DNA of 63,102 nt, the filler included. It is 10 parts of 10 records of this genome, joined end to end, with 100 filler letters (N's around TTAATTAATTAA, not from the genome) between each part and the next. Parts side by side here need not be neighbours in the genome. Positions count along the whole stretch, not along the records: positions 21,330 to 26,334 come from SRR15195285_350; positions 26,435 to 45,253 come from SRR15195285_351; 8 more parts are not named here. One strand, written 5' to 3'. The notes under the pieces are model-generated. The model saw only the letters and a program-made list of their open reading frames with translations, did no database searches and was not told the DNA's origin. The position numbers and the translations under genes are program-made. This document shows positions 23,091-33,900 of this stretch, piece after piece. Numbering within the stretch: the stretch's first letter is position 1; every line of letters begins with the position of its first letter.

Positions 23091-26000
23091 TTAAGAGAAC
23101 TCTCTCGACTTCCACGCTAGCATCCGCTCCGTCTGTTCTTCCGACGCTGCAGTGCCCCCCGCCTTTGTACTGAACCGCTTTTTCATCGTTCTCTTGGTTA
23201 GCGCACTATGCATCTGGTGTATTCTCTCCAGCGTGTGTATCTGTAGGTCAAACTCCTCTGCAAACTCGTCTTGAAATCTCTTTGACAGGTGCAGCCAGCA
23301 CTTGCCGCCAAGGTGCTCTGCTGCTTCCATTGTGTTCGCCATGCCGCCGTGGTGCCCGTATCCACCGTCCTTCCAGATTTGTCTGGCTAAAGCTAATACC
23401 GATGTCGGAGGATTCGTTCCCCACGGACCGCTCGTTGAGCAAGATGTGCGAAGCATTGGCAGCATGTACAGTTGGTCGTCGTCTTCGAGAAGTCCATTGA
23501 CAGTTTGAACGTCGTCCTCGACAACAGCTTTCAGTAGCATTTTCTCCATCAGCAACTGCTTCACTGCGAGCAGCTCGTGCTGCTCTGCGGCCTTGAGACA
23601 AGCAACCTCATAAAGCGTTTTGTTAAAGTATTCCCGTGCAAAGTCTCTATCGTTGGTGTTGACCGTCTCGACCACACGCAACACGCCCGGCTCGGCACGC
23701 CATTTGTCAGAATCATCTTCCGCTTGTGACTCCAGGAGTCTCGGGATCGGAGCTCCAGTTTTATCGAGCGCGTCGGAAGGCTTTTCGGTCCGTTCCAGGA
23801 GCTTGCGCAAATTTTGAACGTCGTTGAGAAGGACAGCTGTGAAGAGCCCCTTGTTTGCCTTCTCGTCCTCTATCTTGATCAGGTTTTCGCGCGGCAGTAC
23901 CACACTGCGGCCAATTCGGTCGATCTTGACCTCGTAGCTGCCGTGCAGCCCACGAAGCGGGAGCTCGTACACGACATAACCAAGTCTGTCGTGCAGAGCC
24001 TTGACATCAGCCTTAATTGCACTAGTATCCCCGTGTAAGCCGGCAGTTGCGTTTACCCGAACACGCTCACCCTCGGCGAGCCGCCCAGTCTCAGAGCCGT
24101 CCCACCCTGGCGGGAGCTCTTTCAAGTCTAGCACCGGCACAGTGGTCTCGTACAGGTGCTTGATGATCTCAACGAGAGCGCTGCGTGGATCGATGCAGCG
24201 ATTATAGGATATCGCCTTTTTGACTGCCTTTCGGTCTGCGTCAATGTTCAATGCCTGGCGTATGAGCGCTTCGAGACTAAGCTTCCGCAGGTGAAAGCGA
24301 AGCTCATCGAACTTGTCCACAATCTTCAGCTGCACGTTGCCGTCTTCATCTTTGAGAGATGCCCATCCAACAATGCCCTTGCCATCATCACACTTCACCC
24401 ACACGTCAACCCTGAACTCGCCATTTTCAATCTCTGTTGATATCTCCACATGCTCTGTCGCGACTGCATCGACACCTTTTAGCAAGAACGAGATCTTTTT
24501 CGACTGGTGGTCACATTCTCCGCGTAGGTTCACTGCTTTCTGTGGATTGTACAAGTACGTGGACTCATCTATCAGCTCAAGTTGCAACTCCCCGTCGGGC
24601 GTAGCCACGCTGGCCCATCCACGCTCACTCTGGACTCGAATAGTACCATCCACCCGCACGCGATCAATGATCGAGATGACATCGCCCGCGTAAATGCCAG
24701 CAAGCAGCGTTTCTGACCCAAGGCCTTCCTCCTCGTGACATGGCGTGTTTTGCAGAGCTTTGTACTGAGCAATCACCTCTGGGTCGGACTGTTTAGCTAG
24801 AGAGGCTAGTGGATTGAGCTTGCTTAGCTTACCGCCTGCCTTCTTGTCTTTTTTCTTCTTTCTGATTTTCTTGGACCTTTTGGTTTTTTCCACTTCAAAC
24901 TGTGTACCTTCGTCCGATTTTGACGAATCAGCAGACAGGAGCATTGGATTGCTTTGGACGTGCCTGCCATCTTGAGAACCGCCTTCATCTGACGATTTTA
25001 GGGATGCAATTGACAAAGGCTCTCTCTCGAACGGAGCTGGTTCATCGGCATCTCCGGTGGGCGTCACAAGATGTGACGAGGATTCTTCCCTGGTGAGTGG
25101 GTTCGAAAACTTTTGGTAACTTTCCAAGTCTTCGTCGAAATCTCGCTCATTGGCTGATTGACCGAAAGCACCGAACGCCACCCTTTCACGGAGCTGCTTG
25201 TCACCGCTGGCCAAAATGGAATTCGTGAGCCTCGGAGGAGGAGGAGGTTCGAGCCTCGCGTCACGAAGGTCTGCTTGCGAATCGGGAGCGCCCAGTAAAT
25301 CTTCTGACTGTTCTCTCAACAGACGTGTGCGCTGCTTGAGAGTCAACGACTTTTCCTGTTTCCTCTTCGCACGCGCTTCCACTGCCTCCCCCCACGCAGC
25401 AATCTCCTTGCGCAGATCGTGGTTTGGCTCGCTCTCTCCAGTTTGCATTATCTCTCCTGTTACTGGAGACATACGTTTCTCCAGCTGTTGAACAGTCTGT
25501 CCGTGGTCGCTCCAGTACTCCAAGAAAGCATAACGCTCGTAGCTATACCCATCACAAGCAAGAACTGGGTCTGCCATCAGCTCCTTGGTCAACGGACAAT
25601 AGAACCGCGACGTGTCGGTCTCGTCCTCCTCCTCTTCGCTGTCTTGGTTGTCGTCAAGCGAAGACCCTCCTTGCATTGAGTCTTGGGACATGACCATGTC
25701 CATAGATGACAGCATTAGGTCGGAGCCGAGGAACATTGAGTGCGACGCATCACCGGAGTTACCACGTCCTTGAGTACCACCTTTTTTCCCGCCCTTCCGT
25801 TTCTTCCGAATCTCAGCCTTGAGGACGACGCCTTCGTCCACGACGGCATCACAGAATCTGTGCAGCGACTGCAGGTTACTCACCATTTCTGCGAAGGCGC
25901 GGTAGTTGATACAGCCGCCAGGGTAGTCAGAACATGGCATCTGGTCAAGGGCGCGCATAAGCACTTCCATCTGATTCCTCGATAAAGTCGATCGAGTGAG

Positions 26001-26334
26001 GTTTGCGAGTTCGATCAGGCCCTTCAGGAAATCGTTGGGATCTACTACTAGCCTGTTCTCCTTGGTACCCATGTGGCTGAATGTCGTCACCACTGTGGTC
26101 TGAGGCAACGAAAAGACAGCCCTAACCGCTGCAATGAGAGGCGCTTGATCAAGGTCCGAATCCGCGCTCTCGACATCCATCGACTTGCCCATGCTGTCTT
26201 TGGATTTCACCAACGCTTTCCGATTCTGCGACTGAAGAGTGTCCCTCTTTCTTATCGCTTCGGCGGTCCTGTGTCTTCTCTCACACTCTTCTTTCATCAT
26301 CGTGATCGTCTCGAACTCTTCCGTATCCAAGTCC
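23091..26334 (-). CDS. U-box multidomain protein (E3-ligase-like) with SH3b-like repeats, 5'-partial
   Basis: U-box FYCPLTKELMADPVLACDGYSYER...MSPVTGE...PNHDLRKEIAAW (~25390-25606). Two SH3b-like units ending GWAS(V/L). Ankyrin-like LFTAVLLNDVQNL and LLKAVVEDDVQTV. The frame is open to the linker. Confidence 0.8.
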
Positions 26335-26434
26335 NNNNNNNNNNNNNNNNNNNNNNNNNNNNNNNNNNNNNNNNNNNNTTAATTAATTAANNNNNNNNNN
26401 NNNNNNNNNNNNNNNNNNNNNNNNNNNNNNNNNN
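26335..26434. other. Artificial contig linker
   Basis: 44 N + TTAATTAATTAA + 44 N. Confidence 0.99.
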
Positions 26435-26698
26435 ATGTCGCGTTTTACCATTTTTATCCCATCGTCATCGAGCGCGCGTGGATCGACAGCGCGCGCCGGG
26501 GTGAGTATATACTAGATCTATCGAGTATACTCACCGGGGGCGCTACGCTGGGCGCCGGCGCCGTGGCGGTGGGGTACAGGTGTACTATACTCGGATCCGG
26601 GCGCTTCTGCGGCCACGCACTGCGTGGGTTTCGTGCAGCGCTGAGGTGCGTGCGACCCGAGAACTGACTGACTGACGAAGGCTCCGAAGGACCGTGAT

Positions 26699-28661
26699 AT
26701 GGCAGCAGCTCGGCTCGTCGTCACCGGGTTGCGCTGCATTCTACACCTACTGTTGTGGTGCACAGTCAGTGCGACCCTGGCAGCAGCGAGCTTTGCCTCC
26801 GCTGAATTGACCCTCCATGTGGCACCAGGAGACGGGGTCTTGAGTCGTGCACGCCAGCAAATCCATGAAGCTCGCATGCAGCTCGAAAGAGACACAGTAA
26901 ACAATGCGACGCGGCTACAATCCACCCCCAGTGGGAATGCGTCGCAACCCACACATCGTGTGCACCTCGCAGCACAGGTGCACCTCGCAGCTGGCACTTT
27001 CCGGCTGGACGAGACACTGGTCCTCGGTGCTCAGGATTCGCATACGACGTGGTTGGGCAGCGGCAACGGGAACACGATCATCGAGGTGGATCATGAATCG
27101 TCTGCAGCGATCCACCTGCACACTGCATCGAACGTCACATTGCACGGACTTAGTCTACGCCGGCGCCGTCTGGCCTCTACTAGCGTGGCAAGCCATACAA
27201 GTCCGGGAGTCTGTCAAATGTACAACGGGACAGGTGCCCTCCTGCGGATATTGAGCACGGAGCAGATAATCAAGTCCTGGCGACCAAAATTGCTGGGGGC
27301 GTAGCAGTACACGGCGGTTGGCGATTTGTACTTGACCGTCTCGACGTGTCGGGATCTGACCATGGGACACCGTCTGGCTGCTTGACATTTGCTGATGCTG
27401 GTATCTCGAGGTCACTGACTCCGTGCGGGCACACGATCTCCAATTCCCATATCCATGATTGCACCAACGCAGATGGAATTGGAATTGCCAACGTGACAGG
27501 TGCACTGATTACACACAACGAAGTGAGAAATGTGGGATGTGCTGGCATACGTGTAGATGGCAACGTCAAAGGGTACTCTACGGTGAGTCCAGCTGGCCAG
27601 GAAGAGATCGCAACGATATTATGTGCAATGCCTGATATGATTTCACATGGACAAACGCACACGCACGTAGGTGGGAGGAGTAAGTGCGATCAACAAGGTG
27701 TCTTACAACCGGTTTGAAGACTGGGCGCAAGGCACCGTAAAGTATGCCACTGACATGAGTGGCATCTATATGTGGTGTATGATACACTGCCCAGGGAACA
27801 CGTTCCTCTTCAATTATCTAGGCTCCAGTTCGACTAACGCCGGGCCATACGGTCACAAGGGAATTTACGTACGCGCAGCGCTGCCATGATTGTGGTTTGT
27901 AGTCGATAGAAACGTGGGTATAGGTAGCGCTAATGATCTACGTGCTGTACGTTGCGCAGCTTGATGACGGGCATTCCGGAAGCAACTTCACTGGAACAGT
28001 AACGAACGGTACTTTTATCCCAATCGAGATTAACGGCGGACATGCGAACACGTTTGACAGCATGCTGGTCATTGATACCCGGAAGGCAGGCCAAATCAAT
28101 TGTCCCGGAACTGTTCCGAATCACAAGCTTGGTAAGTATGGCTGGCAAACCTGTGACAACGATCCATTCGAGCAGTCAATTCTGTCAGCGAATCATTGGC
28201 AGCAGGAGCCATGGATTAGCGCCTTCCCATGGTATAAAGACTTCTGCACGATGGCATCATTCAACGGCAAGCCATGCGATCCCGAGGGCGCCTACAATTT
28301 CAGTAACACGAGCAACACACTATGCGCTGCGCTGCCAACGGGCAACGTGGTGAAGAATATCGCTTACGTCTTTGTGCAAACGCTTGCTTCATGGCCTGCG
28401 CGACGAGGATGCGTATTTCCTAATACCAGTGCGAGCGCTGGTTTCGGCTGCAAGAACATGGGATACGATTTCAGCTACGCAGTGCCTGACTTCAATTTCA
28501 TCGGAACCCAGGAGAATTTTGCCTCACGTGACCCAGGCTTCATCGGTGACCCTCTCGCTGGAAACTTTTCAATTGGCGACAAAGCCTCATTGCTATACGA
28601 GTTGCTGCCTTCGTTCATCCAAATCCCATTTGGCGAGATCGGTGTGCCATCGATTGAGTGA
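26699..28661 (+). CDS. Secreted right-handed parallel beta-helix protein, multi-exon
   Basis: Signal peptide; VHLAAGTFRLDETLVLGAQDS; beta-helix repeats HTISNSHIHD...GIGIANVTGALITHNEV; N.VSYNRF...DMSGIY; GIY|LDDGHSG; C-terminal IPFGEIG. Exons correspond to ORFs 26699-27304, 27346-27717, 27671-27889 and 27933-28661. Confidence 0.7.
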
Positions 28662-29206
28662 TGTAAGTAATGGAAGTCCAGTGGGGCTTTTCTGAAATTC
28701 GTCGGATGAACGCTCACTGTTCTACACGTGACTTGCTGCATTGCGTGGGTCGAGCACTCAAGCTGGACTCTGCTGCACCCAGACGTCAAACATCTCAATC
28801 GCTAAACGCTTTGCCTTGTTCGCTCGCCTGCGATTCAGCGTCCACCTTCTCCGTCTTGGCTGGATCTGGCGCTACCCGAAGCAGTAACTTACTTTCTATC
28901 TCTCCTTGCTGTATGGCCAAACCCAACGTACTTTTGCCAGCATCGGGGCCACTCGTCATGCGCAAGCAGCTTGAGCACCGACGGTTGCCTCGCACATGCA
29001 GCAAGCATTTTCGTTTGCTGATTGATCTCATAAACAAATAGGGCTCGAAGCGCTCAAGTGTCTAGTGATGCCATTGGTGTGGATCGCTGGAGACCAGACC
29101 CTCGCGCAAGCTATGGAGCGCGTGACGCACGCAATGCAACGCTGTTGTTGTTGGAAAAAGAGAGTATAATGTGCCTATGTTGATTCAGGTACATACCTAG
29201 GGTTGC

Positions 29207-29288
29207 GCGTGGGTGGTGCATTCGGGTGGCTGTAGCAGAGACTTTTGCTCCACAGTGAACAGCCGCCGTCAATAGCATCCATGCACGC
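29207..29288 (-). promoter_or_regulatory. Candidate non-canonical eukaryotic SECIS element
   Basis: Minus strand: GCGTG ca TGG a TGC tat [TGAC] GGCGGCTGT tcact GTGGAG caaaagt CTCTGC t ACAGCCACC [CGAA] t GCA CCA cc CACGC. This gives helix I, a UGAN/NGAN quartet, helix II and an apical mini-stem, about 35 nt after the TAG stop. Confidence 0.6.
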
Positions 29289-29321
29289 TAGAAAGTTGAT
29301 GCAAGAGGTCTAGATGATTGT

Positions 29322-30203
29322 CTAGGCGGAGACCGGCCGTGTCCCTGCGAAGTTGGCTGTACGTGTGGTCGTGGAGGTGCGAAAATCACCCCAGCCGAGC
29401 AGAACGACGTCCACGAAGCCTGCTGCGCCCATCATCCGAAGGTATTCTTCGGGCGTGACGCAGCCCTCAACTCAGCTGCTCCAGGACGAATCCGGCGCTG
29501 ACTCCGCGGACTGTCAGCTTGGTGGGGATGAACCCACCACCGACACGCACGTGGCTGGCTCGACGACAACGTCTGTCTGTTTGTCGACGAAAAGATTGAA
29601 GACGCCGTTGCTGATGGTGACGTCCGCCGCGGCTGCTGGCATGCGAGCAAAAGACGCAGCCTGGTCGATCGGGCTACAGATCAGATCACCACGCTCCAGT
29701 GGGCGCCTGTCACCAAATTTCTCGACCGTGGTGGCAGTACGGTCCAGCATGGCCTGCGTAATATCGATACCAACGAGCGTCCCACTTGGACCGACAAGCT
29801 TCGATGCGATGGCGAGATCGTGCCCCCCACCACAGCCGAGGTCTACCACACAACTCCCTTCACCTGGCAACGCTCCGAGTGGGGCTCCAAACACGAAGGG
29901 GCACCCACCACCACACGCAATTCCTAGCAGCTCGTCGACTGCCGCTGAGTCACTGATGCTGGCCACCTCGCGCAACCACTCTTCGGAATACCCCCAGGAC
30001 GTCGGGCGTTGGTTTGCCTCCTCTGAGGCGCTCTCCTGGGACCGATGGCTCTGTGCCATTGCCGAGTAGGAGCGTATCACGTCCAGATACTCAGGCTTCG
30101 CCAGGTCGATGTCCCCCTCGTTCCGCGCAGCCGTGCCGACGCCCAGCCCGGCTGCCACAGTGTTCAGCCGCGCCATGCGCCGCATCCCCGACCCAGCTGC
30201 CAC
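29322..30203 (-). CDS. Arsenite-methyltransferase (ArsM/AS3MT)-like SAM-dependent methyltransferase, probable selenoprotein with two in-frame UGA
   Basis: GIACGGGCPF, VVDLGCGGGHD, VGPSGTLVGIDITQAML, DVTISNGVFNL. The frame continues through TGA 29514-29516 and TGA 29472-29474 as ...PPS-U-QSAESAPDSSWSS-U-VEGCVTPEEYLRMMGAAGFVDV...GDFRTS...ANFAGTRP to TAG 29322-29324. The true start ATG is uncertain. Confidence 0.82.
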
Positions 30204-30703
30204 GGCAGCAACACGACGAGCGTATAGTGGTCAGCGCGTGGGCGCTAGCTCGAGCTCGCGCGCGCGCCGCGCCGGCTGCACGCCGTGTGCCTTTTTAGGG
30301 CATCGCGAAGCACGCGGCGCGGCCGCCCCCGCGATGCGCATGCACGAGACTAGAGCGCGAGCGGCGAGGCGCGTGTGTTCCGTGTGATTTAGCATTTACT
30401 CAGCATATATGCTGGTTCTAGTAGTAATACCGCCACTCCGGCGCTTGATCGTGTACACGGTAGATCAATGATATTATATAGTAGCACTGAATTAATAGAT
30501 CACCCGAGCTCGCGATGCCGCCGACCCCCGCGATTCAATCCCTTGGTTTGATTCGTCTGCCGGTATAGTACTGAGAACCCACTGAGAAATTGATGACCCC
30601 CCGCTGCCCTCCCCGACTCCACCGAATGGAAAAGCAAATGTATATATATTCATATGTAAATTGTAATTCTGAACCAGAGATTTTTGCGGCTCCTGGAAAA
30701 TGA

Positions 30704-30837
30704 GCTTCTCTGGCTGTTTTCGCGAAAGACACGGTAGGTAGCGGAGACTCTCCGCCGTACACCGTGTGTTTAGTGTGCTTCTCCGGCTGTTTCTGCGAAA
30801 GGCACGGTGGGTAGCGGGGAGTCTCCGCCGTGTACAC
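30704..30837. repeat. Imperfect tandem duplication (two ~60-nt units, period 73)
   Basis: gcttctctggctgttttcgcgaaagacacggtaggtagcggagactctccgccgtacac (30704-30762) versus gcttctccggctgtttctgcgaaaggcacggtgggtagcggggagtctccgccgtgtacac (30777-30837). Confidence 0.85.
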
Positions 30838-30909
30838 ACCAAGAGGGCTGCGGCTGCTTCGACTCCCCGCAACATCGGCGAAGTTGCGGTAGCCGCGCTA
30901 GAGCTGAAG

Positions 30910-33900
30910 ATGTTCGGCGGGAAGGAGAACAGCTCGGGCGGCGGGGGCGGCGGGGGCGGCTTCGGCGGGTTTAAGCTTGCGGAAGCTGGGCAGACGCCCA
31001 CCCCGAGCGCGCCCAAGGGCGGCGCTAAGGCGGGGGGCTTCTCGTTCGGGGCGCTGGGTGGCGGCGGCGGCGCTGACGTACCGGCGGCGCCGAAGGGTGG
31101 GTCCAAGGCCAGCGGCTTCTCGTTCGGAGCCTTGGGCGGCGGCGGCGGCGCGACTGCAGACAGCGCGAGCAGCGGGAAAGGGAATGGCCAGGCTGGGGGC
31201 GCGCCGCCGTCCGCGCCCAAGGGAGGAATGCCCAGTGCCGGCTTCTCGCTGTCCGGTGGCGAGAAGATTTCGGCGCCAGCCGCGAAGGCTACGGCGCCAG
31301 CAGCGAAGCCCAGCGGGGTCCCCTTTGCGTCAGCTCTCACGGCCAGCCAGCCGAAAAAGGGTGATGATGCGGCGGCCAAGAAGGTCGGCTTCGCGCTGCA
31401 GCCCGCTGCGAGCACAGCAGTGACCAAATTCGCTACTGCGGCTGCGAGCGGCTCCCCGGACTTGCCAGACGCACCAGACGTCGTGAGCGGCGACGCGCAG
31501 TTGGGTTCCAGTTCAAATCGCGATGTTTTGCACGGTCTGCGAGGGCCAGACTTTGCGTCGCTGCTCTCGACCCCAGCGGTCAAGCGGCGGCTGGAATTGC
31601 TGACCTCGATGTACTGTGGGCCGCCTGTGGTCACACAGGACCAAGAACTGGTCACGCGAACGGCGACGCCGCGCACTGCTGACATGCGGCAGAAGAAATT
31701 GCTGTATGCACACTTGATTTCGGAGGCCGCGCGGAAAAAGGTGGAGCCGGCTTCGGACGGCCGAGACGACAGCTGGATCGACCAGGTCAGCTTCATGACG
31801 AACCTGCACCAGAAGCAGGCATTCCAAATCTGGCAGCTCTTCCGCGAGACGATCGTGGAAGCAGATCACGCGGCCACACGTCCGTCTGGAAGTCGCGACT
31901 TTCATCTAACGCGGGCCGTCATGCCCTCGACGGTCGAAGAGCTTGGTGCTATCAAGGACCCTAAGGTGGCACAAGGCAGCCATCAGACTGCCCGTGACAT
32001 TCTCGAGTTCTACTTCAGCGAGCGCCTGGACATTATTCGCTGCGCGATCGTTGCACTAGCCCCAGGGACGTCGCGCCAGGATGCTCTTCAGTCTGCCGGC
32101 CTCAGTCCCCGGAAGATGCTGCATGCTGCGCTGTTTACCCTTGCTGAGACAGCTGGGGATCGCGCGGGTATGCGTGGAGGGCCGGGCGCGCGCGAGCAGC
32201 TGCTCGCCCGATGGCCGCACGTCGGAGAGCGGCATCTAGTTGAGCCGGTGGAGCGAGGGCTGCGTCTACCACTGTGTGCTCACGATCGGACCCGTGTGGA
32301 TCCGCAGCTCCGGGAACGGGAGCCGCGCCAGCAGGAGGAGGAGCATCTGCTACTGCTGCAGCTGGTCTTGCAGGCTCTGACAGCGGACGCGACGGACGCA
32401 ACCGATCGGCATCCCCACCAAGACCTAGACATGCTTTTCGAAATGTTTGAGCACTCTAAGTGGCGCGCATTGCCGCCGCACAGGAAGGCATTTGGTGTGA
32501 TGCTGCGGTGCTTCGTTGTCATGCAGTGGTTTTGCGTCGACAGTGCGGCCGGCGAGCAGTCCAGACTGCGCGGCTCTGGTGTTGGCAGCCGCGGTATTGC
32601 TCAGAGGATCGACGAAAGCGTCGAACGTTTTGCTCAGCTGCGCCTAGATCAGCTCATGGCTGGTGCAGAGCGAGAGTTCTGCCACGATGCGGTGCCCGCT
32701 ATGGCCAGCCTTAGCTGGGCCTTGAGTGCGCTGCAGCAAATGGTGAAGGCAAAACATCTGATAGATAGCTTCACCGTAGAGGGCGAGTTTGACATCCGCG
32801 AGCATGACGAGCGTGGTTTCGGCCGTACGAACTTTGCTACGCTGGATGACCAGACTAAACGGCAGAAGCAGATGCGGCGTCCGCTAACATCAGAAGAGTC
32901 GCAGCTCATAAAAGATGCGATCATTGCTGGGGTGACAGAGGATCACCTTCGCGAAGAGGATTTATTGTCGTACGATAATGGTGGCGAGTGGCCATGCCCG
33001 AACCCGAAGCGGAAAATCAAAATGGAACTGCTCGGCCTGTATGAGGACTTTGACCGTTACTTCGCGAAGAGTATGCAGCAGGCCACCAGCCTAGACGCAG
33101 AGTACGTGCTGCACGAGCTCGTTGAGCTCGCGGACGAGTGTGAGGATGAAGCACTTCCAGTTGGATTTTTTAAGGATACCCTGTGGCGCAGCGTGCTGGG
33201 ATGGACCGACCCAGACGTCGTCCTCGTTGACCGCCAAGCGAATTTTCTAAAGCTGATCCCACGAATCATTCAGAACTCGCAGAGCCCGGTCGGCCGTGGA
33301 CCGATGGACCTGCATCACGTAGACTGCAGCTGCGAGCGCGTAGGAGCAGAGCTGCAGGTGGCCGTCGGTGGTCTTCTTGCAATCATTGACGGCAGCGAAG
33401 ACCAATCGAAAAGAGACTCATCAAGGAGTGCCTCGCGGTTTCTGCACTTCGTGCGCTACACGCTGGAGAACTTCGCGAAAGCAAGCAACAAGTTTGCATC
33501 GCTTTTGACAGGGATGGCGTCCGGGTCGAACCAGGCTCCGATCGTTGTTAAAGACCTATTATGCACGGTGGATGTTCCCGTTGCAGGACCGGCAAGTGCG
33601 GCAGGGATTGCAGTCGGTCGTCAGCGCACATGTGTGCTTACTCCACAGGGGGGCGGTACTGCGCCTTTACGGGTGCTGGTAGTTCACACAGTGATATACT
33701 GCTGTGAGCGTTTGCGCTCGGCCGACCCGACGACTCCGGAGCATTCAAACTCTGTATCAACGCTAAGGGCATGGCTGCAGCTGTTGGTCGCCGTGCTCGG
33801 CGACAGTAAACGCCCTGAGAATGGTTCGACCGACGACTGGGTTGCGTTCTTAGACGAGGTGGCAGCGACTCATTACTGGGAGAGGTATCACCTCGATCTA

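Noticed and set aside
28895-28962. Second SECIS candidate on the minus strand (ATGAC...AAAA...hairpin)
   Set aside because: There is no correctly placed 3' GA to complete the quartet and the spacing to AA is too long; the 29207-29288 hairpin fits better.
29472-29516. Genome-wide UGA reassignment (alternative genetic code) as the explanation for the in-frame UGAs
   Set aside because: TGA terminates several well-supported genes here (3306, 3667, 23005, 28661, 50755, 61400) and long ORFs contain no internal TGA, so read-through is gene-specific.
30704-30837. Repeat-spacer-repeat pattern resembling CRISPR (also 49508-49681 and 59466-59624)
   Set aside because: Only two diverged copies each, no cas genes, and a eukaryotic context.
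30766-30909. ORF-track N-terminal extension of the giant protein from a GTG start
   Set aside because: Eukaryotic initiation at ATG 30910 is more plausible, and the extension overlaps the non-coding tandem duplication.
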